Assembly: GCA_044376115.1 (NCBI GenBank)
Contig: JBILLK010000039.1
Coordinates: 1 to 64,000, forward strand
Source of the DNA: Polyangiaceae bacterium
Lineage (GTDB): Bacteria; Myxococcota_A; Polyangia; Polyangiales; Polyangiaceae
Reading direction: 5' to 3'
DNA length: 64,000 nt
The notes beneath the pieces are model-generated. The model ran no database searches. It saw only the letters and a list, made by a program, of their open reading frames with translations, and was not told where the DNA came from. This document shows, in pieces, positions 29,433-38,633 of this stretch; position 1 is the stretch's first letter; the number at the start of each line of letters is the position of its first letter. Made by a program: the position numbers and the translations under genes.

Positions 29433-30502
29433 CGCAGCGCCCCGCGCCTGAAGGAGACAATACCGAGCTCACCATCGAGCCCGACGCTAAGGACGAGCGC
29501 GCGCGTGTGCCCGCCTGCTTCCAGCAGCGCCAGCGCCTGAGCCCACGCCAACGCGGGCGACGCGGCCAGCGCCTCTCCGAACATGCTCGTGGAGTCGACC
29601 GTGCGACGAGCAGGCAGCGCCGCCGCGATGAAGGCATCGAGTGCGGAGGCCGAACCGCCCGAGGCCGCGACCACGACGAGGTCAGGCGCCAGCCGCTCGA
29701 GTTCGGGCCGCGCGAGCTCGAGTGCATCGCCGAGCGACGTCGCGCGCGTCGAAAGCAGCGTGCAGACCTCGAGGAAAGCGAGCGGGGCGCGCTGCTCCGA
29801 GCTCCGTGCGAGCGCCAGCATAGCGGCGCCCTCGCCAAGGACGAGGTCGGATGGCGCGCCCTCACGAACGAGCTCCGCCCAAGTCACTGGATGCACCGCA
29901 GAGTCTGCTGCGCCTGCGAGCGCGGCCTCACACTCGCTGTTTCGCAACGCCCACGCAGCCTCGAGAAGTGCGCTGACCGTCCCGCCACCGCGCGAGAAGT
30001 ACGCCGCGTTCGGCCCGCCGATGCCATGCAAGATCGCCGTATGACACAGCGTGAAATTGTTCATTAGCTGGAAGGCGAACAGCGGATTGCAGGCGCGCAG
30101 CCCGGCGTCGCCGAAGCGTGCATGCGAGAAGGCCCCGCCTTCGTCGCTTGCGATCAAGAGTTGCGACAACTGCTCCGGCGCGCCGCCTGAAGCGCCGACC
30201 CCCATGAAGCAGCCGAGCTCGCTGAGCTGCTCACCCAGCCCTGCTTCGCCGAGGACCTTCGATACGGCCTCCTGCGCGAGGATGGCGCTGCGTGACATGA
30301 GGAGCCGCGCGCGACGCTCCGCAAGAGAGGCGGGCTCGGGCAGGGTCCCGAGCTCACGTGACGCCACTCCCAGCTCCCACCTCGCGAGCTCTCGCGATGG
30401 GCTCGCCGGCGGAGGCGCTCGCCTAACCTGAGCTCGCCACGCGTCTCCGAGGTAGCAAGCAACACCAACGGCGATGACCGGCAAGTCAAAGCGCTCGAGC
30501 AT
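29429..30502 (-). CDS. Ketosynthase-fold protein lacking the catalytic triad (CLF-like partner 1)
   Basis: ATG 30502 coupled (TGATG). NPLFAFQLMNN...GIGGPN; SRGGG at the Cys position; LGEGAAMLAL; no HGT or GH motifs. Confidence 0.8.
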   Translation of the reverse strand: MLERFDLPVIAVGVACYLGDAWRAQVRRAPPPASPSRELARWELGVASRELGTLPEPASLAERRARLLMSRSAILAQEAVSKVLGEAGLGEQLSELGCFMGVGASGGAPEQLSQLLIASDEGGAFSHARFGDAGLRACNPLFAFQLMNNFTLCHTAILHGIGGPNAAYFSRGGGTVSALLEAAWALRNSECEAALAGAADSAVHPVTWAELVREGAPSDLVLGEGAAMLALARSSEQRAPLAFLEVCTLLSTRATSLGDALELARPELERLAPDLVVVAASGGSASALDAFIAAALPARRTVDSTSMFGEALAASPALAWAQALALLEAGGHTRALVLSVGLDGELGIVSFRRGALR

Positions 30503-31707
30503 CAGGCCGCCTCCAAGACGACGGAGGCATTGGCCCCGCCGAACGCAAACGCGTTGACCAGCGCAGCCGTGACAGGGGCGCGTATCGCGGTGCCGAGCAC
30601 ATGCCGCAGGTCGCAACGCGGATCTCGTTCCTTGAGCCCTGCCGTGGGTAGCACGATCCCGCTGCGAATCGCCTCTGCCGCGCACAGAAAGCCGAGCGCG
30701 CCCGCGCCGGCGATCCAATGGCCGAGCGCACCTTTGACCGAGCTGACGAAGATGCGATCGGTGGCGGAGCCGAAGACCGAGCGAATCGCCATCGCCTCGA
30801 CCTCGTCGTTGAGCGCGGTCGAGGTCCCGTGCGCTTGGATGACGTCGACGACCTGCCGCCCCGCGTCCGCAAGCGCGTTCGCCATGGCTCGCCGTGCCCC
30901 ATCTCCGGAAGGCTCCGGCTTGGTCAGGTGGTAAGCGTCGAGCGTTCGGGCGCAACCGGCGATCGCGACGGTGGCAGCCATCGGCTCGCGCGTCAGCACG
31001 GTCATCGCGGCGCCTTCCCCGACCACGAAGCCGTCGCGCCGCAAATCGAAAGGACAGGAGATCCCGCGCGCAGAGAGCGCGGAGAGACGGCCGAACCCCA
31101 CCAGCATCAAGGGATCGACGTCGGCCCCCACGCCTCCAGCCAGCGCTATATCGCACAAGCCGAGGCGAATCGCGCGCGCGGCTTCGACGATCGCCGCGAG
31201 CCCCGACGCGCACGCGAGCGAGATCGTCATTACGGGTCCCTCTGCGCGGTAGCGGCCGGCGAGCTTGGACGCGATGGCAGCCGGCGACACACTCGAGGCA
31301 TCGATCGATTGGGCGAGTTTGCGCGCCTCGAGGCCGAACGGAACGTGATCGAAGCCCGGCCCGGGACCGCCCGCGCGCGCGAGCCCCAAGACGGTGGCTA
31401 TCGTCGCGCGGCCGGATTCGGCTCCGACGAAGACGCCGAGGCGTGCGGGGTCGATCGCTGCTGGGGCGAGGCCGGAGTCGGCCCACGCTTGTTCCGCGGC
31501 TACCTCCATCAGCGCGAGCCTTCGATCCTGCGTGTGCGTGAACGAGCGCTCGATGCTGGCCGCGACGGTGCACGGAAAGCCCGTCACGTCGAAGGTGGTG
31601 ACGCGCTTGATCGCGTCTCTTCCGTCCGCCAGCAGTGAGCAGCTTGCTGCCCACGTATCTCCGAGCGGCGTGATGGCTCCAACCCCGGCGAGGTAAACCC
31701 GACTCAC
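30502..31707 (-). CDS. Beta-ketoacyl-ACP synthase (FabF-like, intact C-H-H)
   Basis: GTG 31707 coupled to the fabZ-like stop; SLACASG, IQAHGTSTALND, SVKGALGH, NAFAFGGAN. Confidence 0.93.
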   Translation of the reverse strand: MSRVYLAGVGAITPLGDTWAASCSLLADGRDAIKRVTTFDVTGFPCTVAASIERSFTHTQDRRLALMEVAAEQAWADSGLAPAAIDPARLGVFVGAESGRATIATVLGLARAGGPGPGFDHVPFGLEARKLAQSIDASSVSPAAIASKLAGRYRAEGPVMTISLACASGLAAIVEAARAIRLGLCDIALAGGVGADVDPLMLVGFGRLSALSARGISCPFDLRRDGFVVGEGAAMTVLTREPMAATVAIAGCARTLDAYHLTKPEPSGDGARRAMANALADAGRQVVDVIQAHGTSTALNDEVEAMAIRSVFGSATDRIFVSSVKGALGHWIAGAGALGFLCAAEAIRSGIVLPTAGLKERDPRCDLRHVLGTAIRAPVTAALVNAFAFGGANASVVLEAA

Positions 31708-32186
31708 GGGCCCTGGCCAGTCGGGCCCTCCGCCGAGCCGCTCAGCCAAACATTCAGCACCTCGCGCCGCTTCTCCAAGAGCTTCGGGTGCGTGACCTGC
31801 GCGAACGCGAAGGTGAGCTCCGCCTCCGCGGCCAACTCCTCCTCGAGGTGCGCTCTCGCGCGAACGCGACCGCCGTCCTCACTCGCCATCATCCCCAAGG
31901 TCTCGAGAATCAGCCTGTCGCCCGGACGAACCATTTTCTTGAACTTGGCCTTGTCGGCCATCACCAGCAGGGCATGGAGATCCTCGCGGCCCTTCATTCG
32001 CATCGTCGCCTCCAGCAGCACGCCCCCGAGCTGCGCGAGCGCCTCGAGGATGAGCGCGCCGGGCATGATCGGATGGCCCGGGAAATGGTCGACGAAGACA
32101 TCATCCGAGAGCGATACGCACTTGACCCCGACCGCACGAGTCGGCGGTTCGAGCGAGGTGATCCGATCGAGCAGGACATACCGCAT
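31704..32186 (-). CDS. 3-hydroxyacyl-ACP dehydratase (FabZ-like)
   Basis: LLDRI...FVDHFPGHPIMPGALILEALAQ...KFKKMVRPGD. Confidence 0.92.
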   Translation of the reverse strand: MRYVLLDRITSLEPPTRAVGVKCVSLSDDVFVDHFPGHPIMPGALILEALAQLGGVLLEATMRMKGREDLHALLVMADKAKFKKMVRPGDRLILETLGMMASEDGGRVRARAHLEEELAAEAELTFAFAQVTHPKLLEKRREVLNVWLSGSAEGPTGQGP

Positions 32187-32243
32187 AGAGAGGGACTACC
32201 GCATCGCCTCTGCCAGCGGAAGCTGGTACCCTCCGACGCCTTT

Positions 32244-33968
32244 ATGGATTGCACCACCTGTGGGCCTACCCCCGCGCGCAAGGACCGTCCGCATACCTTC
32301 ATCGCGCACGAGTTCGTGGACTGCGTCGCGTGCGGAAAACGAGGCGAGGGGAGGGTGGTCGTGCGTGACGGAACGATCGTCAACCTCCTGCTCTGCGAGG
32401 CCTGCGGGCCCACAGAGCAGCTCGTCGATGCGGACGCCGAGCGCTACCTCGCAGCGTTCGTCGCGAAGGGCACCCCGCCGATCGACCACGAAGGAGATTG
32501 GCTCTTCAAGCGAACGACCTCGACCTGCCCGACCTGCCTCGCGCTGCTGCCGGCCGACGTGATCGTGCGCGCGGGGAAGGTCTACTTTCGGAAGAGCTGC
32601 AACCAATGCGGGCCTTCAGAGGCGCTCGTGTCCGAGGACGCTGCCTACTACGCGCGAGCCTACTCGTTTGCGCGGGCCGGCACCGAGCCGCTCCAGTTCA
32701 CCGGAGAAGCCAAGAAGGGCTGCCCGACCGATTGCGGGACCTGCAGTGACCACGAGCAGCACACCTGCTTGCCCATCGTTGAGATCACGGACCACTGCAA
32801 CCTCGAGTGCCCCATCTGCATCGTCGACAACCAGTACTCGACGCACATGCCGCTGGAGACGTTCACGAAGGTGGTCGATACCCTCATCGCAGCCGAGGGC
32901 CGATGTGAATCCGTCGCGATCAGCGGCGGGGAACCGACCAGCCACCCGCGCATCCTCGACCTCCTCCGTGCGGCAGACCGGCCGGAGATCGGGCGCGTCG
33001 TGCTGATCACGAACGGCCTGCGACTCGGGCGAGACGAGGCGTTTGCACAGGAGCTGAAGGCGTCGGGCGCTTACGTTGCGCTGCAACTGGACGGCTTCGA
33101 CGCCGAGACTCACCAGGTGTTGCGCGGGCGCGATCTCACGGCGGAGAAGGAAGCCGCGCTCGCCACGTTGCGCCGCCTGAAGATCCCGACCCAGCTGATC
33201 TTCGTCGCGGCCCGCGGGGTCAATGATCATCAGATCGGCCGCGCCGTCGATCTGCTCATGGAGGAGGAGCACATCCTGTCGCTCAACTTCCAACCCGTGG
33301 CGTTCACCGGCCAAGGTGGGGGGCGGTTCGCTCACGACCCGATGGATCGCTTGACGATCCCTGGCGTGATCGAAGCCGTGGAACAACAGACGAAGGGCCG
33401 CGTGCGCAAGAGCGACTTCTCGCCGTTGCCTTGCTCCCACCCGCAGTGTGTGTCGCTCACCTATCTGCTTCGCTTGAACGACGGGAGCTTCATGCCGTTC
33501 GGTCGCTTCGTGGACTTCGCAAAGCACGGAGGGCTGCTCCGCTCGTCGGCCACGCTCCCCGCGACAGCCGAGATGCATGACACGCTCCACGAGATCATCC
33601 ACGACGTCTACGCGCGCGAGGACGAGGTGGAGCGGGGCGCAGACGTGCTCGCGGCGCTGCGGCGGTCGCTGGACACGATGTTCCCCGACCGCCCAGTCGA
33701 AGCGAGAGAAGAGTTTAGGATCGGCGAGTCACAAGCCAAGTCGATCTTCCTTCATCACTACATGGATCCGCACGACTTCGATCTCGAGCGGCTGCGCAAG
33801 TGTTGTCACCACTACGCCCAGCCGGACGGCCGGATCATGCCGGCGTGTGGCTTCAACCTCTTCCACCGCGGTGCCGCCAAGGGCTCCGAGACGCCCGTGC
33901 CGAGCTGGGCTCACAACGCGCCCCGCGGCTCGGGAACGGCCGGCTCGCGGCTGAAGGTCCTTCGCTGA
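32244..33968 (+). CDS. Radical SAM enzyme 1, Tes/GDGT-MAS (MJ0619)-like, with duplicated N-terminal metal-binding module
   Basis: TTSTCPTC...KSCNQC, GCPTDCGTCSDH, CNLECPIC, SGGEPT, CSHPQC, MDPHDFDLERLRKCCHHY...IMPACGFN. Confidence 0.88.
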   Translation: MDCTTCGPTPARKDRPHTFIAHEFVDCVACGKRGEGRVVVRDGTIVNLLLCEACGPTEQLVDADAERYLAAFVAKGTPPIDHEGDWLFKRTTSTCPTCLALLPADVIVRAGKVYFRKSCNQCGPSEALVSEDAAYYARAYSFARAGTEPLQFTGEAKKGCPTDCGTCSDHEQHTCLPIVEITDHCNLECPICIVDNQYSTHMPLETFTKVVDTLIAAEGRCESVAISGGEPTSHPRILDLLRAADRPEIGRVVLITNGLRLGRDEAFAQELKASGAYVALQLDGFDAETHQVLRGRDLTAEKEAALATLRRLKIPTQLIFVAARGVNDHQIGRAVDLLMEEEHILSLNFQPVAFTGQGGGRFAHDPMDRLTIPGVIEAVEQQTKGRVRKSDFSPLPCSHPQCVSLTYLLRLNDGSFMPFGRFVDFAKHGGLLRSSATLPATAEMHDTLHEIIHDVYAREDEVERGADVLAALRRSLDTMFPDRPVEAREEFRIGESQAKSIFLHHYMDPHDFDLERLRKCCHHYAQPDGRIMPACGFNLFHRGAAKGSETPVPSWAHNAPRGSGTAGSRLKVLR

Positions 33969-34708
33969 TGGGCATGCTCGAGGGCAAGGTCGCTCTCGTC
34001 ACCGGTGGCTCGCGTGGGCTCGGGCGGGCGATCTGCTTAACGCTCGCACGTGAAGGCGCCGCGGTCGCCTTCAACTACGCAAAGAGCGAGAGCGACGCTC
34101 AGGCGGTCAAAGCTGCGATCGAGAGCCAGGGTGTACGCAGCTGGGCCTTCAAGACCTCGGTGCTCGATCGCGTCGGCATGCAGAAGCTCGCCCGCACCCT
34201 CGAGGCCGAGGCCGGGCACCTCGACATCCTGGTCAACAACGCTGGGGTCGGCCAGGTCGTGCCGCTCGCGTTGATGGAGGAAGATGACTGGGACCGGGTG
34301 ATGGATATCAATGTAAAGGGCGCGTTCCTCACCACCCAAGCAGTGATGCGCGGGATGATCCGCAGGCGCCAGGGGCGGATCTTGAACGTGAGCTCGCTCG
34401 CGGGGGTCAAGATGATGGAGGCGCCTGTGCACTACAGCGCAGCGAAGGCCGCGCTCAAAGGGTTCACCGAGGCCCTCGCGAAGGAGATCGGTCGCTACGG
34501 CATCACCGTGAATTGCATCGCGCCCGGCGTACTCGAAGACGGGCTCTCCCAGAATCTACCCGAGGCGCGAATGACCGAGTTCCTCAAGCACTGCGCGCTC
34601 GGCCGCAAGGGCACCTTCGCCGAGTGCGCGGAGGTCGTTGCCTTTTTGGTCTCCGACCGGAACAGCTTCATGAACGGTGCGACGGTCGTGCTGGACGGCG
34701 GCGTATGA
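33968..34708 (+). CDS. SDR, 3-oxoacyl-ACP reductase-like
   Basis: TGGSRGLG, NNAG, NVSS, YSAAK. Confidence 0.9.
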   Translation: MGMLEGKVALVTGGSRGLGRAICLTLAREGAAVAFNYAKSESDAQAVKAAIESQGVRSWAFKTSVLDRVGMQKLARTLEAEAGHLDILVNNAGVGQVVPLALMEEDDWDRVMDINVKGAFLTTQAVMRGMIRRRQGRILNVSSLAGVKMMEAPVHYSAAKAALKGFTEALAKEIGRYGITVNCIAPGVLEDGLSQNLPEARMTEFLKHCALGRKGTFAECAEVVAFLVSDRNSFMNGATVVLDGGV

Positions 34709-35472
34709 CCGCGGCAGCCGCGGGGGCTCGCTTCGAAGGTAAGGTCGTGCTCGTGACGGGGGCGACGCGAGGCATCGGCCGAGCCACGGCGCTGGCGTTC
34801 GCGGCGGAGGGCGCCACCGTTATGGTGAACGAGCGAAAGACTGACTCGGGCGCACAGGCTGTCGTCGAGGAGATCCGCGCAGCGGGAGGAACGGCGGAGG
34901 GCCACACCGCCGACATCCGCGACTCTTCGGCCGTCAACGCGATGATCCAAGCCATCGTGAGCTCCCACGGCCGAATCGATGTGCTCGTCAACAACGCCGG
35001 TATCACGGCGGATGCGCTCACTCCGATGATGACCGACGACGAGTGGGACTCGGTCTTGAGCGTCAACCTGGGGGGCGCGTTTCGGGTCGCCCGTGCGGTC
35101 GCCAAGCCGATGATGCTGGCCAAGCGTGGTCGCATCATCAACGTATCGTCGGTCGCCGGGGCGAAGGGTGGTCGCGGCCAAGCCAACTACGCGGCAAGCA
35201 AGGCCGCGCTCGAGGGCTTCACGCGAGCGCTCGCGGTGGAGCTCGCACCCAAGGGCGTGCTCGTGAACGCGGTGGCTCCGGGCGTGATCCTTACAGAGAT
35301 GAGCCGGCGCGTCCGTGAAGCGGCCCCCGAGGAGGTGCTGTCGAAGATCCTCCTCAGGCGTTGCGGGGAGGCCCGCGAGGTTGCCCGCGTCATCACCTTC
35401 TTGGCGAGTGAGGACGCATCCTACGTCACGGGCGCCGTGATCCCGGTCGATGGCGGCTTCAAGATGGGCTGA
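34705..35472 (+). CDS. SDR, 3-oxoacyl-ACP reductase (FabG-like)
   Basis: TGATRGIG, NNAGITAD, NVSSV, GQANYAASK, VDGG. Confidence 0.92.
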   Translation: MTAAAAGARFEGKVVLVTGATRGIGRATALAFAAEGATVMVNERKTDSGAQAVVEEIRAAGGTAEGHTADIRDSSAVNAMIQAIVSSHGRIDVLVNNAGITADALTPMMTDDEWDSVLSVNLGGAFRVARAVAKPMMLAKRGRIINVSSVAGAKGGRGQANYAASKAALEGFTRALAVELAPKGVLVNAVAPGVILTEMSRRVREAAPEEVLSKILLRRCGEAREVARVITFLASEDASYVTGAVIPVDGGFKMG

Positions 35473-35492
35473 CCGTCGAACGAAGGGTGGCC

Positions 35493-36272
35493 TCACCCAA
35501 CGATCGAGTAGCCACCGTCGACGTTGATGGTCTGCCCGTGAATCATCGCTGCACGGCTCGACAACAAGAACGCCACCACGCTGGCGACATCCTCCGGAGT
35601 GGTCAGCCGCGCTAGCGGCGTCCGCCCTTCCGCTGCAGAGACGAGCTCCGCTTTGTTCGGAAAATGCGCGAGTGCGCGCGTCATCACCAGGCCGGGGCTC
35701 ACCACGTTCAGGCGGATCCCTCGGGGGCCAAGCTCGAGCGCGAGCTGCCGAACCATCGCCTCGAGCGCCGCCTTGCTCGCCGCGGCCGCCGTGTATTGCG
35801 GTATCGCGCGAACTGCACCGAGCGAGCTGAGCGCGACGACGGCCCCGCCCGAGCTCAGCAGCGAGCCGCGCTCTCCTCGCGGAACTGCGAGTGTCTGCAT
35901 GAGGTCGAAGAAGGAGTACGCATTGACGTCCATCGTCCACTTCGTATGGCGAGGCGTCAGGCTCAGCGCGTCGCGAAAGACACCCGATGCGGCGCAATGC
36001 ACCAGGAGGTCGACCTGCCCGAGCTTCTCTTGGACCTCCGCGAGGAACGCCTGCGTGCTCGGACCGTCCCCGAAATTCACCCGAAACACCGCCGGCGCTC
36101 GAGCCTGGAGGCTACGGACGAGCTCCGCCGTCTCCTTTGCTCCCTCGTGGTCGGAGAAGTACGCAAAGTCGACGATCGCGCCCGCGGCCGCGAGTTCTCG
36201 AACCACGGCGCGCCCAATGTCCCCGCTGCCACCCGTTACGAACGCGCGCTTCCCTGAAAGTCCGGGTTCCAT
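35493..36272 (-). CDS. Enoyl-ACP reductase, FabL type
   Basis: HCAASGVFR, WTMDVNA, SSLGAVRAIPQYTAAAASKAALE (Y-x6-K), ALAHFPN, as in Bacillus FabL. Confidence 0.85.
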   Translation of the reverse strand: MEPGLSGKRAFVTGGSGDIGRAVVRELAAAGAIVDFAYFSDHEGAKETAELVRSLQARAPAVFRVNFGDGPSTQAFLAEVQEKLGQVDLLVHCAASGVFRDALSLTPRHTKWTMDVNAYSFFDLMQTLAVPRGERGSLLSSGGAVVALSSLGAVRAIPQYTAAAASKAALEAMVRQLALELGPRGIRLNVVSPGLVMTRALAHFPNKAELVSAAEGRTPLARLTTPEDVASVVAFLLSSRAAMIHGQTINVDGGYSIVG

Positions 36273-36352
36273 CGTCGAGGCATCCTACGCAACTCGAACC
36301 GGGCCGTCAGGGCGTGGTTGTTGTCGCGCGGGCGATGGGATACCGGAGAACG

Positions 36353-37858
36353 ATGTCGACGAGCGCAGCGCTGAGCTCTGGGGAGCGCCTGCTTCACCAC
36401 ACCACCAGCCTGTGCAAGGTGTGCAAAGACGGTGTGCCTGCTTCGGTGGTGGCGACGCCGGCGGGCGAGGTCTGGATGCGAAAGTCTTGCAGCCTTCACG
36501 GCGAGCAGACGGTCCAGCTCTCGAATAGCGCCGCTTGGTACGAGAGCACTCGCGCTACCGCGCAGTCGGCCGTGCCGCCGAAGGTGGCCGTCAAGCCGGT
36601 CGAGTTGGGGTGCCCGTTCGACTGCGGGCCATGCACCACGCACACCCAGAAGATCCGCCTTCCGGTCGTCACCATCACCAGCGCCTGCAACCTCGATTGC
36701 CCGATTTGCTACGTCCACAACAAGAACGACGACGCGTATCACATGGCTCGCCCCGAGTTCGAGGCCGTGCTCGCTCGCCTTCAGTCTGACCACGGGGCAG
36801 AACTCGACATCGTGAACCTCACCGGCGGTGAACCCACGCTCCACCCCGAGTTCTTGGAGTTTATCGGGCTCGCGCGGCAGTCGGGCGCCCACCGCGTCAC
36901 CGTCTGCACGAACGGCCTGCGGCTCGCCAAAGACGAGGCTCTGGTGCAGCGCCTCGCCGAGCTCGGCGGCCGCGTCGCGCTTTCGTTCGACACCTTCGAG
37001 AAGGAGGCCGACGAGCTCATGCAGGGTGCTCGCCTGCTCGACCTCAAGCTGCGCTGCCTCGATCTGCTGGAGAAGTACGACGTCGATACCACGCTGATCC
37101 CAGTGATGACGAAGGGAGTGAACGACCACGAGATCGGTGCGATCTTGGAGCTCGCGTTCCGTCGGCCAAACATCCGTCACATCGAAGTTCATACGATGAC
37201 GTTCACCGGTCAGAGCGGCGTTGCCTTCCCACGGACCGGGAGGATCTCGATGTTCGAGGTGTTGACCGCGATCGAAGAGACGACCGCGGGGGTGCTTCGG
37301 ACGAGTGACTTCGTGTCCTCGCCGTGCGCCCATCCTCTCTGCTACCAGATCGCTTATTTGCTGATGGATCCAGCGGGGGGGCCACCGGTTCCGTTCACTC
37401 GCTTCATGAGCCGTGAAGACCTGCGCGCGGCTCTCTCGGATCGGCTTTACCTCGAGCCCACGGCCAAGCTCGAGAACATCCTGCGCGAGGCGATCGATCG
37501 GTTGTGGGCTTTTGGGGACGACGGGGACGAGCGGACCCTCGGCCTGCTCAAGTCGCTGCTGCTGACGATGTTCCCCCATGATCGCGCGCTCACTCGTGAT
37601 GAGGCGCTGCGCGCTGGGGAGCGAGCGATCAAGGCCGTCTACGTCCACTCGCACATGGATGAGGAGACGTTCGATACCGAGCGAGCCGCAGATTGTTGTG
37701 ACAGCAACTGCTACGCGGACGGGCGTTCGATCCCGGTGTGCAACTACAACGTGCTCTACCGCGACAAGGAGCCGCAGTTCAACGTTACGCCCCGCCGCTG
37801 GGATACGCGGGCTGGAGGCAACAAGGCCGCTCGTTCGCTTCCACTTTTCAAGGACTGA
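36353..37858 (+). CDS. Radical SAM enzyme 2, Tes/GDGT-MAS-like
   Basis: TTSLCKVC...KSCSLHG, GCPFDCGPCTTH, CNLDCPIC, TGGEPTLHP, CAHPLC, HMDEETFDTERAADCC...IPVCNYN. Confidence 0.88.
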   Translation: MSTSAALSSGERLLHHTTSLCKVCKDGVPASVVATPAGEVWMRKSCSLHGEQTVQLSNSAAWYESTRATAQSAVPPKVAVKPVELGCPFDCGPCTTHTQKIRLPVVTITSACNLDCPICYVHNKNDDAYHMARPEFEAVLARLQSDHGAELDIVNLTGGEPTLHPEFLEFIGLARQSGAHRVTVCTNGLRLAKDEALVQRLAELGGRVALSFDTFEKEADELMQGARLLDLKLRCLDLLEKYDVDTTLIPVMTKGVNDHEIGAILELAFRRPNIRHIEVHTMTFTGQSGVAFPRTGRISMFEVLTAIEETTAGVLRTSDFVSSPCAHPLCYQIAYLLMDPAGGPPVPFTRFMSREDLRAALSDRLYLEPTAKLENILREAIDRLWAFGDDGDERTLGLLKSLLLTMFPHDRALTRDEALRAGERAIKAVYVHSHMDEETFDTERAADCCDSNCYADGRSIPVCNYNVLYRDKEPQFNVTPRRWDTRAGGNKAARSLPLFKD

Positions 37859-37859
37859 T

Positions 37860-38633
37860 ATGGCTGCTCGCAGACTGGAGGGTAAGCGTTGCCTCGTTAC
37901 CGGCGGTTCACGAGGCCTCGGCCTCGCGATCGGGTTGGCCTTCGCGCGCGCCGGGGGAAGGGTCGCCTTTACCTATTCGCGCAACACGGAGGACGCGGCG
38001 GATGCTCGAGCCCAACTCCGTGCGGCTGCCGCGAGCGCCGGGACGCCGGAAGCGCTGGGGGAGCCGCTGGACTTTCGAGGGGCCGTCTCGGATGCCGCTC
38101 ACGTAAGCGAGACCGTCGGCGCGCTCACCAAGGCTTGGGGTGGCGTCGACGTGCTCGTCAACTGCGCAGGCCCGACGCAGATCCTTCCGATCGCGCTCTT
38201 GGAAGAGGCCGATTGGGATTCGGTGATGAACGGCAACGTCAAAGGCGCGTATCTCTTCTCCCGGGCCGTCCTCAAGTCGATGATCCGGGCACGCGCTGGG
38301 CACATCCTCAACATCGGCACCTTCGCCTCGGAGCGCGTCGTCGAAGCGCCCGTGCACTATGCCGCGGCGAAGGCGGCGCTGCGCGGAATGACGGAGGCGC
38401 TGGCGAAGGAGGTTGGGCGCTACAACATCAAGGTGAACCTGGTGGCGCCGGGGCTCCTCGACGCGGGCTTGTCGCGAACGTTGCCTCGCCATCGCCTCGA
38501 CGAGTACGTCTCGCAGTGTCCAATCGGGCGGCTCGGGTCCGTGACCGAGCTAGCGGACGCCGTGACCTTCTTGGTCTCTGACGAGAACACCTTCATGACC
38601 GGGGCCAAGCTCGGCTTCGACGGAGGGGTGTGA
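37860..38633 (+). CDS. SDR, 3-oxoacyl-ACP reductase-like (paralog of 33968..34708)
   Basis: TGGSRGLG, VNCAG, EAPVHYAAAKAAL. Confidence 0.88.
   Translation: MAARRLEGKRCLVTGGSRGLGLAIGLAFARAGGRVAFTYSRNTEDAADARAQLRAAAASAGTPEALGEPLDFRGAVSDAAHVSETVGALTKAWGGVDVLVNCAGPTQILPIALLEEADWDSVMNGNVKGAYLFSRAVLKSMIRARAGHILNIGTFASERVVEAPVHYAAAKAALRGMTEALAKEVGRYNIKVNLVAPGLLDAGLSRTLPRHRLDEYVSQCPIGRLGSVTELADAVTFLVSDENTFMTGAKLGFDGGV

Noticed and set aside
30503..31654. 5' extension of the 741-aa ORF 29429..31654 (likewise the long 5' extensions of ORFs 31788, 35987, 17705, 24442 and 45094..46629)
   Set aside because: Arg/Ala-rich shadow frames overlapping real genes or repeats. Coupled internal starts fit better.
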